From NCBI GenBank assembly GCA_951406725.2, contig OX597822.1, forward strand, positions 8,308,001-8,372,000: DNA of 64,000 bases, in the 5' to 3' direction. Position numbers and translations under genes: made by a program. A model generated the notes under the pieces. That model made no database searches and was not told the origin of the DNA. It saw nothing but the letters and a program-made list of their open reading frames with translations. The DNA comes from Octopus vulgaris (Eukaryota). Positions 39,715 through 52,701 of this stretch are shown here, one piece after another (the stretch's first letter is position 1; each line of letters begins with the position of its first letter).

Positions 39715-41088
39715 CTACATGGGTCGATAATTTATACCTTCAATACTATCAGTCCCTGAAATTTTACATGTTTTATGAGAGACACTTATTACATTCCCTA
39801 ACCAATTATAATCATGTGAAAATGCTGTCCTCGTTGATAATCAGGAATTTACAGTGTTAGCCTTAGCACGAGTATCAAGAAGCCTTTGTATGTGATGAAT
39901 TGTCAATCATGGAACCACTGGTCCTTAAGGGGGTTTTAATCTTATGTCCTTAAGGCGTTTGATCTTAATCTCATGTACATAGAGCGGGGTTTGAAATTTC
40001 GTTACCATTTTGCTGGAGATTTTTAAGACCAGTTATATATTTTGATAATCGGTAATGCACAAGTTAGGAGAAGAAAATGTCTGCTTTCATTCTGCACATT
40101 CGTGCAAAAGGAACAAATAAACAGGCAGGGTTTACAAACCTCACGCATTGGTTTGATATTTCCAAACAATTAAGATTGTGTTTCATTGCCGTATCCAAAC
40201 ATAAAGATGTACGGATTGTACCTCAATCCTTTGATACTCATTTTGTTTCCTTGTTTCCCTGATGAAAACTTGTAATTAATCACGCGATTTCCCACGGTTG
40301 ACATTGCAAATGGTGTAATCTAGATTGATGAAATATTGTCCTTACAATAAATGTTTTATGTTTTCTTGTGTATGTTTGTGTTAATCTTATTTTCAAACCG
40401 ATATCCTCCATCTAATTGGTCACGTCTTTAATACCACTTAGAGATTTGAAACTCACATTTTGTCAGAAAACACTTCTGGACTAAAATTACTAATAATCGT
40501 GCCAAAAGGAGGCATTACACAAACCAATTAATGCAGAAAATTTTACTTAAGTAGAAGTACATTTTACATTTTCTTCAACATCTGTCTCTCAGCTATACAC
40601 ACCTAGCACCTTCAGCGTTTTTAATACGATTACTAATTTAATATATAGAGGAGTAAGACGATACTCAATTGCATGAGTTACGGCAGAAATCAAAAGCGCT
40701 CCCATCCTACTATAAATATATTGTTGCGCTGACCATGGAAAAAAATCACATTGACCACATGGTATTAAACTGTTCCAGGTGTTCCTGATGTTCACCAAAC
40801 TAGCACACCGAAAGCTCCACTACCAAATTGAGTTGCACAGAAATCTGATATTTGGCGCAATTGTATTTAGTAATGTATTTAGACAGTGACACTCACACAC
40901 TCGAAGTCAAAATTCACTAGTGGGCAGCAGACCAGTACGAAAAGATATATAGGAGGTGGCATATCAAAGCGTCTCACTGAGTCATGAGATATGCATTTCA
41001 CATCAAGTTTGCTTGATAATGCTTTTTCTACTCGTGACCTTTCTACATTTAGGTATAGATTTTCAACGCACTTTCTATAATAAATCTG

Positions 41089-41286
41089 TACTCTATTTAC
41101 TCTTTTACTTGTGGCCATGCTGGAGCACGGCCTTTAGTCGAGCACATCGACCCCGGGACTTATTCTTTGTAACCCCAGTACTTATTCAATCGGTATCTTT
41201 TGCCGAACCGCTAAGTGACGGGGTCGTAAACCAGCATCGGTTGTCAAGCACTGCTAGGGGGACAAACACAGACAGACAAATACACG

Positions 41287-41320
<34 letters not shown>

Positions 41321-41502
41321 CATATATATATATACATACGACAGGCTTCTTTCAGTTTCCGTGTACCAAATCCACTCACAAGGCATTGGTCGGCCCGGGC
41401 CTATAGCAGAAGACACTTGCCCAAGATGCCACGCAGTAGCACTGAACGCGGAACCATGTAGCTGGCTAGCAAGCTACTTACCACACAGTCACTCCTGCGC
41501 CT
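41089..41502 (-). mobile_element. SINE family A, near full length
   Basis: Colinear with 23999-24417. Confidence 0.9.
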
Positions 41503-43176
41503 ATATTTCAAATGAGTTAAATTATTCTACTAAGTCTAACACTGGTCAAAAATAATACATTGAGTTAAAATATTATGTGACCACAAAATATATGGTTGGA
41601 GAAGTTATTGCCGTATTTGGTGTCAAAATATGAAATTTCTGAAGGCAATAAATTATTAAAAAAAAAAAAAACGCTTTCTTCATAAGTTCGATCGTCAGTA
41701 ATTGTATGGCACAATTTCGTTAAATATACATAATTAAATTTAAATAATTATAAATATTTCTTATACACTGGAGAAATGAAATGATACGGAAAGATCTTGG
41801 AAAATGAGTCTTAACTAAAATTTTTTCGATTGAAATTAAGTACTAATATACATTTCCACGACGACGCCTTCACTGTTTAGCACTCAGCCATGATGGCTTG
41901 TTTAAAGAAATTTATATTTAATTACAGTTAATGAAATCTATGCTACTGAGTGCAATTAATTAATGATGAATACTAACGTTATTATTATGAAGGTTATTAT
42001 TTAGTACGTTCCCCCTCACCTCTTTTCACTCTCTCTCTCCCTTATACATATATATATATATATGTATGTATATATAAGTGCATACATGTGTATGTATATA
42101 TATATACACATATATATATACATATATATGTGTGTGTGTATATAGACCTACACACACGCACACATTTGTATGTATGTATGTATGTACATATATATATATA
42201 TATATATATACACAGACACACCCATAAATGCACACGCCCGTATGCTCGCTCCCATCCCACACAGACACACATACTCACTCACACACACATGCGCACGCAC
42301 ACACACGATCACAAATATATTCACCATTTTGATACCGGTTTGTATATCTTTAAATGTAAGCTGACAGAAAATTTCAAAATCGATTTAATTATTCTTAAAA
42401 TGCTTTAAGCAAGCTATTGAGAATCTTTATTCCAATTGTTTATTTGAAAATGTATTTCATGGTGGTATTTATTTTCATTCTCTAACGATTTACTACGAAT
42501 TTATATATGTACATTTTCTTATTAACTAACTACTTCTTTTGTTCTAGTTTGGGAAGCAAATCTATTTCAAATTCAGAATTAAATAGGAAGAAAGCTCTTT
42601 CAATCATTTCTTTGTTTATTATTAAACCAGAATGAATGAATGAATAACACCCGAAACGTAAAAGCATACATTAGAAGGAAATATTTGAGTAGATATAATT
42701 CATTACAAATATTATTGTATTAGGATAATGAATTGAGCATAGTTCCTTAAAATCTTCTTTATTTATGAACGTTGTTTCAGTTAGAATTGAAGCAAATTGA
42801 AATCTTTTAAAGTCTTTTGTTTTTCGCACAGAATTTTAAGCTATTTTAACTTGCACAGGTAGATCAATCAATTTGCATTATATCCGTTATTTTTTGCGAA
42901 ATAGCACTTGCCTATACATCGAGCCACGTGTGAGAGAATATAGTTACACATACATAGACACACAGAACACACACACACGCTAATGTTCATTGCCTATACA
43001 TAAAATAATATATAAGTATGAAAATGAATACACACGTATACATACACGCGCACGCAAACACACACATACACACAGACGCGAACAAACATACACAAACACA
43101 CACGCACACACACACATACGCATACACACACACACACATACGCATACACACACACACACACATATATATACACGCT

Positions 43177-44415
43177 GTAGGGTGAATAAATTGTCTAAAC
43201 TACGTAAAAAAGAAAATAACACTGATATCTCATTATAACAGATATATTTACCAAACTACATAAAAATATCTTGAAATACTAAAGGGTAAATTTGTTCAAT
43301 AAAATTGCCATTCGCTTCAGCCACGGCCTCCAGACGACTTTGGAATCAGCTGCAACTCTTCTAAACAATCTCCTTTTCAAGTTGGTGAATGGTATTATAA
43401 TCGTTGCCTTCAGTTGATCTTTGGTCTTACAGTGAGATTTCCTAGTCTTTCGTCCCACTACGCGCCACACATGATAGTCAAGGGTGTTGCAGTCTGGGGA
43501 GCTAGGTGGTCAGATTTTAGGGACGATGTGGTCGCAGAAATTGTCTGACATCTATGACTGGTTTCTCCTGCTCATGTGGCATGGTGCAGACATAGGGTCC
43601 TGTTGCCTGACATAGGGTCTTCCAACACCCAACCTCTTGATCATGGGCAGCGCTACCACATCCAGGAACCTGATGTAGGCCTCAATGTTGAGGCTGAGTC
43701 TGTGTGTGGAGATGAATGGAGGCATAACGTAGCCATCACTAGTGATGACACCAAACGTTGACTGCATGTTTGGTTTTTATCACTCTTGGTACATGTTACG
43801 GGGACACGGCATGCCAACAGTGGTTCTGTGTGTTTCACCATCTTATCCTGGCAGAAACTTTTCTCGTCTGAGAAAAATCAAATGTCATCCTAGGGGATGC
43901 TTGTGTTTGTTCAAAAGAATTGTAGGGCGGTCTTACCTCTTGTCCTTCATAGCTTGGAATAAAAATTGGCCCTTTCTTATCTAGTATGAGGAATACTGAA
44001 TGTCTTCATGTACTACTTACTCGATAAGAAACTCAAACACTCCCATGTACCTGGGATCGTTGTCAATCATCGTCTGTATCTCAACAGAAGTCCTTTTCTA
44101 ATGAGAAAGATCAGAGTGTGTTTTCCGAGCTGCTGTACCTTCGTAATTACCATTAGCCCCATCCAAATCTCTCCAAATCCTCTTCACTGTCCTCAGATTG
44201 ACACCCAAACATTCTGAAATGTTCGTATTGGAGATTCCGCTACGAATGCGAAGCAGTACAGCATCTCGTTTCCAAATTTCTGGAAGGATGGATTGCGTTA
44301 TGGTGCTATTTTTCTCGCAGATGTTGCCCAACTGCAGTAGACAATATCAAAAACAAACAAAGCGCATGCGCGAAATAAAAAATTTTAAAAGACGACAATT
44401 TTTCCATCGCATCCC
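43177..44415 (-). mobile_element. Tc1/mariner superfamily fossil, maT (DD37D)-like
   Basis: N-terminal HTH KRDAVLLRIRSGISNTNISECLGVNLRTV; FGVITSDGYVMPPF; QQD..APCH; PPSSPDCNTLDYHVW; frameshifted. Confidence 0.8.
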
Positions 44416-44566
44416 GTCTCTCTCACTCTCTCTTTCTCTGTGTATGTATGTGTGTGTATGTATATATAACGGGAAGCTTTATGAAAATAGACAAAAGACG
44501 AAGGCAGGTGGAAAACAAACGAACAATTGTATCAGTATGGCGCTCAGGAAATATAAATAAAACAAG

Positions 44567-44604
44567 TCTTTAACGTTTCGAGCCTACGCTCTTCAACAGA
44601 AAGA
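44567..44604 (-). ncRNA. Minimal type I hammerhead ribozyme of PLE pLTR
   Basis: UCUUU-CUGUUGA-A-GAGC(GUAG)GCUC-GAAAC-GUU-AAAGA: perfect stems I and II, palindromic stem III. Confidence 0.78.
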
Positions 44605-44855
44605 TACACAGAGAGAAAAAAAACACAGAAAGAAGGAGAGAATCTGTCTCTCAGCTATACACACCTAGCTCCTTCAGCGTTTTTAATACGATTACTAATT
44701 TAATATATAGAGGAGTAAGACGATACTCAATTGCATGAGTTACCGCAGAAATCAAAAGCGCTCCCATCCTACTATAAATAACGAATCAACATGGCGATCT
44801 GATTTCGGCCAGAGGTCAAAGATCAAACATGAGACGCGAGAGCGAAATAAGGGGA

Positions 44856-45200
44856 GATAATAGGGTTGATAATAGGGTTGATAATAGGGTTGAAGGACCA
44901 GCTAATAGTGCGTAGGAGGGGTCTGGACGTGTGTATGTATAGGGTTGGTGTATGTATTAGTATGTATAAGGGTGTGTGTGTGTGTATGAGAGAGTATTAG
45001 TGCGTAGGAATGGCCTGGACGTGCGTATGTATGGGGTTGGTGTATGTATTAGTATGTATTAGTATGTATTAGTACGTATTAGTATGTATAAGTGTGTGTG
45101 TGTGTATGAGAGAGTATAAGTGCGTATGCGGGGTCTGGACGTGTGTATGTATAGGGTTGGTGTATGTGTTAGTATGTATTAGTACGTATTAGTATGTATT
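44856..45200. repeat. Minisatellites in PLE 3' UTR: (GATAATAGGGTT)x3 and three ~90-120-bp units
   Basis: agtgcgta...ctggacgtg(t/c)gtatgtat(a/g)gggttggtgtatg repeated three times. Confidence 0.8.
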
Positions 45201-45758
45201 AATTGGTGTATGTATTAGTATGGCACATCATATATGATGTGATGTGTAACGTCGTGTGGTGTAGTGAGGAGAAGAGGGGGATGGGGAGAAGAGGGGGATG
45301 GGGAGAAGAGGGGGAGAGAAGGGGAGGGGAAGAAGAGGGGGATGAGAGGGGGAAGAGGAGAGGATGAGGGAGAGAGAGGAGGGGAGAGAGAGGAGGAGGA
45401 GAAGGAAGGGGAGGAGGGGGATGAATGAGGAAAGAGGGAGAGGGCGAGAGAGAAGGGGAGAGAGGGAGTGAGGGATCAGAGGGAAGGGGAAGAGGGAAGG
45501 AGGGAGGGAGAAAGAGGGAAGAAGGGAAGGGGAGTAGGGGTGAAAGGATGAAGGACTGAAGAGGTAGGGGTCGTGGGGGGGAAAGGATAGGTGAGGAGGG
45601 GGGAGAGGGGGTTAGATGAGGAGGGGGAGAGTTGAGACCAAATGGCGTATAAGAGCGAAGAGAGAAGATTAATTCCTGTTCACGGCGCAAACGGGAATCC
45701 GGATGGCCTCTGTGTAAGGACAAACCGAACACAGATAGGTGTTGCAAGGAGTGACCGG

Positions 45759-45796
<38 letters not shown>

Positions 45797-45844
45797 AGTG
45801 TGCGTGTGTGTGTGTGTGTATTTATATATTAGTGACCATGATAT

Positions 45845-46800
45845 CAGAATTATCATGAATGCCAGAAAGTCCTTTGTTCGGCGTCCCTATGGGGAGCTTT
45901 GACCGGGCTAAAATCTCAAACCTCGTCGGTTTATACATCTTCGATATCCTTAAGAGACGTACCCGCACATCTCAAGCCATATGAATGGCCACAACATAGA
46001 TATGTTCAGAAAGGACTTTATAAAAATATTTAAGGAGTTCGGCATTTCCATAACGGTTTCTGTCAACCTGAATACTGTCAATTTCTTGGACGTAATCTTA
46101 GACCACAGTACGGAAAATTACTACCCGTACAGGCAGCCTAAAGAGGATACAGTATACATCCAAAACAGGTCAAACCATCCCCCCGCTGTAATTAGAAACC
46201 CGGTTCCGACCACTACAAAGATGCTTTCGCTAAAAACGGACTTACTGAGGAGCTCAAGTATGTGGGCAACCCCCAAACACCTTCTCCTCACCCCAAAAGG
46301 ATTAGGAGAAGGGTTAACCGCCAACGTAGCTATGGGCTTCTTCTCGTTAATTAAGAAACACTTCCCCCAGAGTATTACAAACTCTTCATAACGTCAAGGT
46401 GATCTACTCCTTCTTAGACAACATCGCATCTAGCATCGCACGCTTCAACAGACGTAACAGCCCCAAACTGCAGCATCTGAATCCCCACAATCTGCCATGT
46501 AGAAGCAACTTGTCTCTTGAGGACCTTAGTATACAGAGCCACCCTTACACTATCCGATGGCATTACTAGGGACCATACGATTATGACATCTAATGACTTC
46601 AAGGGAAGATACTCTCAGGATATGCACTCGGTCATATCAGGAAATAGAGAGAACATCCCTCCGAGATAAAAAAAAAACCAGCAATAAGTGGACTATTGTA
46701 GACAGCACCGCCATATTTCTCCGGTACACCGAACTGCCAGCAAAGCACCCGTGGAAACTGCATATCCTCCAAAAACCTACCGTATCCAGCCACAAGAAAT
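45845..46800 (+). mobile_element. Decayed Penelope-like element (probably Naiad-type RT/EN)
   Basis: FGVPMGSFDRAKISNLVGLYI; RKDFIKIFKEFGISIT...VNFLDVIL...YYPYRQP...SNHPPAVIRN; internal deletions. Confidence 0.8.
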
Positions 46801-47656
46801 AAAACTTACCATGTGTGTATGCGTGTAAATGTGATATGCCCTTCTGGCACGCCGGCCAATATGCTTTGTGGAATTTCGTCCGTTTTTATTTCATGGTTTC
46901 AAGTTTCGGCGAGGTCGACTTTCTCTTTTATCTTTCCGGGGAGAGTGAAATAAGTATCTGTTGACATCTGGGGGCCGTTGTGGTCGATTTACTCCTCTGC
47001 CAAAATAGAAAGCATTTCGTTTTAATGGGATTTGATCCTGTCTCATGTGACCCAAAGATTCGCAGACTTCAAAGAAAAATCCAACGCGCTCAAGTTCAGT
47101 ACTGCCCCCTCCACACACACACATACACACTAATGTATCTGTATGTATACTTTATCGACCACACATACTCAACATATGTGTATTGCTGGTTCCTCGGTAG
47201 GCTACCCTATATCACTTTCGGGTTAACTCACTCATACTAATGTTAAAAAAAGCATTGAATTCATAGAGAAGACGATACAATACCAACTTCGATCGAATTC
47301 AAGATTGAGGGATATTAAACATTTCATTTTGTGACTAATCAACATCGTGCAGCTCGAATTCCACAGTCTACAACAATATACAAATAACGTGATTACTTTT
47401 TACTGGTGCGTCACATCAATTCTATTATAAGATTAAATACAGTTATAATTAAAAGCAGCGCTAATATTCGAAATATCATCCACCGCACATAATAAATGTA
47501 TGTGTTTCTTATTCCCATGTTTCTTATTTCCAGTACTAGGTGTTAAAAACACCTGAAAGTCATGGACAGGCGAGACAATCCAAAGCGCTTGCTGCAGCAT
47601 AGCGGCGAATAAGCGAAACACGAACTAGCGCTGCTTTTAATACGTAATAGAATATG

Positions 47657-47887
<231 letters not shown>

Positions 47888-48036
47888 ACAGGGTTGGAAG
47901 TTCATGTTGTTGTTATGCCTAGTGTGCCGTATATTTGGGGGGTGGGGATGTTGTACTAATGAATGTCTAAAAAAAAAAGGTTTTTTTTTTTTTTTTTTTT
48001 TTAAACCGAAAATTATGTTTGTTTTAAACCTTGAGA

Positions 48037-49071
48037 TTACATAGAGAGTATTTTGCGTAGGATATGAGCAGTTCCCATGAGCACTATCTTTTGAACTTCT
48101 GCCATTTTTGGGTTTCCTGGTATCTGAGTTAGGTAGCTATCAGCCCCTTTTGCTATCATTCCCAGGGCACCTATGACAACAGGTATTGTTTTAGTCTTCA
48201 GCTTCCACATTTTGCTGATTTCTATTTCAAGATCTTTATATTTGCTCAGTTTTTGGTAGGTCTTGACAGATACGTTTATATCGATTGGGACAGTCATATC
48301 AATGAGGAGGCATGTTCTTTGTTTGAAGTTTTTCAATATGATGTCTGGCCTATTTGCATCTATCTTCCTGTCAGTTTGAATGGTGAAGTTCCAGAGGAGT
48401 GAGATGTGGTCATTTTCAAGCACTGGGGGTGGTTTGTGTTCCCACCAGTTTTTTTCATGGGGCAAATCCAGGTTTTTACAGATTACCCAGTGAATATATT
48501 GTGCAGCTCTATCGTGCCTGTTGAGATACTCTGTAGGCGCTAGAAGACTGCACTTGGAGACCACATGGTCAATGGTTTCATTTTGTTGCTTGCATACACG
48601 ACACGTTGGACTGCTTCTGATCTTTAATATGTTGGCCTGGTAGTTTCTTGTTGGTAGGCATTGATCTTGAGCTGCTATGATAAACCCCTCTGTTTCAGAT
48701 TTTAAGCCAGAGGCCATTAGCCATTGATGGGTCAGGGCTTTGTCGATATCTGCATTATTCGCTCTCTTTGGGTATTTGCCATAGAGAGGTTTTTCTTGCC
48801 ATTTATTATTCAGAATATCTAAGGCCGCAGTTTTGGCACGGGTTTTCATGCGCCTAGCTTTTTCTGTGCTTGTTTCCTGTATACCTATCTCTAATTCCGA
48901 AATTGGTTGTATTCGGAGTTCACTTAGATATTCCTTTGCCTGTTTTGTGACTGAGTATGATGCTTTCTTGTTTTCATGTTTTGAGACAAGTTTTAGCATC
49001 CAGTCCTCAGAGTTTTTCAGGTAGGTGTCTAGGCCAATTGTAGCAATCTTCATTGTTATTGCCAGTTGCAA
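48037..49071 (-). CDS. R4/Dong C-terminal zinc finger and restriction-like endonuclease
   Basis: CRVCKQQNETIDHVVSKC, RHD, NRPDII...LIDMTVP...KLSKYKDL, PVVIGALG. Confidence 0.92.
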   Translation of the reverse strand: MQLAITMKIATIGLDTYLKNSEDWMLKLVSKHENKKASYSVTKQAKEYLSELRIQPISELEIGIQETSTEKARRMKTRAKTAALDILNNKWQEKPLYGKYPKRANNADIDKALTHQWLMASGLKSETEGFIIAAQDQCLPTRNYQANILKIRSSPTCRVCKQQNETIDHVVSKCSLLAPTEYLNRHDRAAQYIHWVICKNLDLPHEKNWWEHKPPPVLENDHISLLWNFTIQTDRKIDANRPDIILKNFKQRTCLLIDMTVPIDINVSVKTYQKLSKYKDLEIEISKMWKLKTKTIPVVIGALGMIAKGADSYLTQIPGNPKMAEVQKIVLMGTAHILRKILSM

Positions 49072-50207
49072 AAGACCACGGCCTCCTCTTTTCTTGGCAG
49101 ATAGAGTCGTTCTGTATCTGCCTTAGGGTGGTGCATTCTATGCATCGTCAACAGTTTCCTTATTTTTCTGTCGAGCTGACATATTTCAGTAATTGACCAG
49201 TTAACAATATTGAAACTGTAAGTCACGACTGGCATAGCTAATGCATTGATTGCTTCGATCCTGTTTCTTGCATTCAGCTCTGTCTTGAGTATTGCTCTCA
49301 CTCTTCGATAGCATTCTCTCCTGATCCTTTCCTTCATCTCTGAATGCCTTATTCCGTTCCCTTCAATTATCCCTAGGTACTTGTAGCTCTCCGCTGGGTC
49401 TAGTTCTTTTATGACATTCTGTTGGTCAAGGTTAACGTTAGATGTTTCTGTCATTTTTCCTTTGATAAAGGTAGCCTTTGCACATTTATCGAGGCCGAAT
49501 TGCATTCTGATGTCGTCACTGAATTGTTTGACTATCGCTAGTAAGCCCTTGAGTTGTTGATCATTTTTTGCAAAAAGCTTTAAATCATCCATGTAAACGA
49601 GATGATTTATATTTTTATCAAACATTTTATACCCGTACTGCGCGTCATTGAGCAGCTTTGAGAGAGGTATTAAGGATAAACAAAAGAGGAGTGGTGACAG
49701 TGAGTCACCCTGGAAAATGCCACACGAAATTTTTACATCCCCAGCATTTAGGGATTCACTGTCACTGTTCAGAGTTAGTGTGGTTCTCCATGATCTCATA
49801 CTTACAGTCAAGAAGTTTCGCAGAGTTGGTGCTATCTTATACATTTCAAGGCATTTCCTAATCCAGCTATGTGGTAGGCTATCAAAAGCCTTTTTATAGT
49901 CTATCCAGGCTATTGATAAGTTTTTGTGTCGTTTGTGACAATCTTCTAAGATCATCTTATTGATGAGTAGTTGGTCTTTACAGCCGTAGGATCCACGTTT
50001 ACATCCTTTCTGTTCATTAGGGAATATGCTGCTGTCTGTTAAAAAACTATAGGTATATTCCGTCAGGACAGATGTTAGTGTTTTGTACATAGTTGTTAAG
50101 CAGGTTATGGGTCTATAGTTTTTTGGTTCATTTGTTTCTTCACTTTTTGGAAGCAGGAATGTTAACCCATTAACTAGCCAAGGAGGCATCCTACTAGGGT
50201 GTTGCAA
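49056..50207 (-). CDS. R4/Dong reverse transcriptase domain
   Basis: NYRPITCL, EQKG, WIDYKKAFDS, GIFQGDSLSPLLF, YMDDLKL, YKYLG; the frame stays open upstream to ~50402 (WKSPGKDKI). Confidence 0.93.
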   Translation of the reverse strand: MQHPSRMPPWLVNGLTFLLPKSEETNEPKNYRPITCLTTMYKTLTSVLTEYTYSFLTDSSIFPNEQKGCKRGSYGCKDQLLINKMILEDCHKRHKNLSIAWIDYKKAFDSLPHSWIRKCLEMYKIAPTLRNFLTVSMRSWRTTLTLNSDSESLNAGDVKISCGIFQGDSLSPLLFCLSLIPLSKLLNDAQYGYKMFDKNINHLVYMDDLKLFAKNDQQLKGLLAIVKQFSDDIRMQFGLDKCAKATFIKGKMTETSNVNLDQQNVIKELDPAESYKYLGIIEGNGIRHSEMKERIRRECYRRVRAILKTELNARNRIEAINALAMPVVTYSFNIVNWSITEICQLDRKIRKLLTMHRMHHPKADTERLYLPRKEEAVVFCNWQ

Positions 50208-50394
50208 AACATCATTGTACAGTTCTGTTAGCAGTTCATGGCTCTCTGGGAAGGCATTCAGCCAGAAGTTAGGAATTTTATCCTTTCCTGGAGACTTCCA
50301 TTTGCTTGACCTCCTGAGAGCAGATCTTATATCTTCTACCTTGACACCCTCCCACTTTTGCTCTTCTAAGGGGTCCAGTTCTGTAGATATTCTG

Positions 50395-51852
50395 TCAATC
50401 CAGGGGCCTTTTCGTTGTGTGTTTTTCTTCTGCCCAGATTTTATTCCAAAATCTCTGCACTTCTTCTTTTGATGGTACAGACCCTGCAGTAAACGCTGTT
50501 TTTCCTATCTTCCTGTAAAAATTCTTGGTGTTATTTTTGAACATGTTGTTGTCCTTGAAAAATCTAACACGCTTTTCATACCTCGCTATGCGGGCAGCTT
50601 TGGCAGATACCTTTTGTTTGATGGTTTCTATGGTGGCATCAATATCAAGTATAGTTTTCATATTGTATTTTTTCAGTAATTTTTGGGTTTTTGTAGGTTT
50701 GGTAATCTTGTGAGCCTTAAGGTTTTTCAAATATTCAATGTCAGATCTAAATATTTTAATTTGTTGTTGCAGACGCTCTTGCCAAGAAGGCTTTTTGTGG
50801 GACTGTTGCCGTTTTCTAATCTTTACACCACATAGGATCGTTGAGATTTTCGCGGATGCATAGTATAGGTGGTTGAGGTTTGTGATATCAACATCATTAA
50901 CTGAAATTATATCCTTAAGTGCAAGCCGGATTTTACCAATTATTTTCATGTTTTGGTTAGAGTTGCGGATTTTAGGAAGTGTATCACGCTCATCCATGCT
51001 GGTTTCTTTAATTTTCAGCCATTCAATCATGATTTGATTTTTTAGCTCATGTAGTTCTGTTGGGTCAATATTTGTGTGACTTTCTTTATCTATTTGATGC
51101 TCATCTGTCTTAGTGTTTATGATTGGTTCAGGGCGTATTTCACTTTGCCTATCACTTATACTAACTCTTTCAATCCTCTCTTCGTTTTTATCCGCCCTGG
51201 GCTGGTCTATAATCATTTCCTCTGTATTATCTTCTCTAGCTGCAGCTTCGTTCATTTTATCCGATATTGCTTGTCTAACCTGATCAATCTCTACTTCAGT
51301 CAGTAATTTCTTTTTTATAATGTTTCTTCTAACATTGGCAAGCTTGTTACTGTCTATGTAGGGTCTTACTTCAGGGTGTTTCTGTCTCCAGTTTAAGTAT
51401 GCTTGTACAGTGCTAGACTTATCTGTGGGGAAATATATGGCATGGTAGAAGGCCTCAAGAACTTCTTTATTATCTTCCCTAGACCATTTTTCCTTCTTTT
51501 TCTTTTGATTATTTGGTGATGAGCATGGATGGCCATCTGTTGGAATATTCCGGTTGTGGGGTTCGTCCAGCTCCTGTGTGTTGGGAAGATTTGATCCAGT
51601 AACTGATTTTTCAATCAGGATTTGGTTCAATTTTCGGGTACGTGGTCTTTTGTAATCCGCGCAATGACCAATGCGGTTTATTGTTTGATTTGTTGACCTT
51701 GAAGCATGACGAGCATCCATTCTTATATTAGGAGATGGATCTGTCAGTTTAGGGTTCACTACATGTAAGCATTGCTCATAGCGCCGCTTCTTAAGACTAG
51801 CAGATCTATATTCGTCTGTATTTTTTTTGTTGATAGTTTTATCTCCGGACAT
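50395..51852 (-). CDS. R4/Dong ORF, N-terminal part
   Basis: 485 aa; KWSREDNKEVLEAFY, KPSWQERLQ, RIARYEKRVRFFKDNNMFKNNTKNFY and PSKEEVQRFWNKIW are typical of R4/Dong pre-RT regions; frameshift near 50400-50425. Confidence 0.8.
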   Translation of the reverse strand: MSGDKTINKKNTDEYRSASLKKRRYEQCLHVVNPKLTDPSPNIRMDARHASRSTNQTINRIGHCADYKRPRTRKLNQILIEKSVTGSNLPNTQELDEPHNRNIPTDGHPCSSPNNQKKKKEKWSREDNKEVLEAFYHAIYFPTDKSSTVQAYLNWRQKHPEVRPYIDSNKLANVRRNIIKKKLLTEVEIDQVRQAISDKMNEAAAREDNTEEMIIDQPRADKNEERIERVSISDRQSEIRPEPIINTKTDEHQIDKESHTNIDPTELHELKNQIMIEWLKIKETSMDERDTLPKIRNSNQNMKIIGKIRLALKDIISVNDVDITNLNHLYYASAKISTILCGVKIRKRQQSHKKPSWQERLQQQIKIFRSDIEYLKNLKAHKITKPTKTQKLLKKYNMKTILDIDATIETIKQKVSAKAARIARYEKRVRFFKDNNMFKNNTKNFYRKIGKTAFTAGSVPSKEEVQRFWNKIWAEEKHTTKRPLD

Positions 51853-52701
51853 TTTTTTTTTTTTTTTTTCCCTTTCCTCCTCTTCCTTTCTTCAAGGCTT
51901 ACTGTGTCTGTATTAGTTCGAAATAATGAGAATAAAATACGGAGAAGGAAACGAAAAGAAAGGGAAAAAGACGGGATCTGTCAGTTATTATTGTTATTAC
52001 TATCATCTTCACCACCATCACCATCATCAGCAACATCACCATCACCATCATCATCTTCAATGACATTGTTTTATGTGTAGCCACAGCCACCATCAACACT
52101 CCATTGTGTTGGAGAATTGGTGGTTAAAGAATTCATGTTCTTTGGGTCTATAAATAGCCACGGTAGATGGTGGAGACAAAGGACGTTAATGGTCAGTAAA
52201 AGGTCAAACCTGTTTACGTTTATTTATTTATTTATTTATTTTTTTCCTTTCTCTTTTCTTCTTCACCACATGCATATGTATATGTATATATATGTGTATT
52301 CACTCACACATATTATCTGATGTTTTCGTCGAAGATTTTTTTTTTTTCTTTTTTTAAATAACTTTCTGAGTTCAATGTTATGTATATATTTTTAAATTTC
52401 TGAATTCAGTTGTATGTATATAGTAGTAGGTGCTTAATTCCATAACTTTTTATCGTGCATTTAATTGTGTTGTTACAATAAAAGGTAATTTAAAAGGCAA
52501 TTTTACACATTCTTATAGTCATGAGAGACGACTAAATGTAAATGTTCACACAGAATTGGAGATATTTATGTTTCTAATTTTTCTTGTTAGGTGTACGTTT
52601 GTATGAGCTGTAGATATGTAAGTTTTTTTTTTACTTATTTTGAGGGTAATTCAAATTACTTACAGTAAACAGTAGATCTTCCAGTTTTCTACAGTTGACC
52701 T

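Larger units (their letters stand above)
44466..45759 (-). mobile_element. Penelope-like element 3' end (GIY-YIG C-terminus, purine tract, minisatellite, pLTR with hammerhead)
   Basis: QHLSVFGL...SRLRREQELIFSLRSYTPFGLN is the PLE endonuclease terminal motif (RE..LI..L....P.GLN); flanked by TA tracts. Confidence 0.8.

Noticed and set aside
44856-45200. CRISPR-like repeat array
   Set aside because: Tandem minisatellite units without unique spacers, in eukaryotic DNA with no cas genes.
45199-45747. 182-aa proline-rich ORF
   Set aside because: Only the first ~40 aa are PLE endonuclease; the rest is a low-complexity tract.
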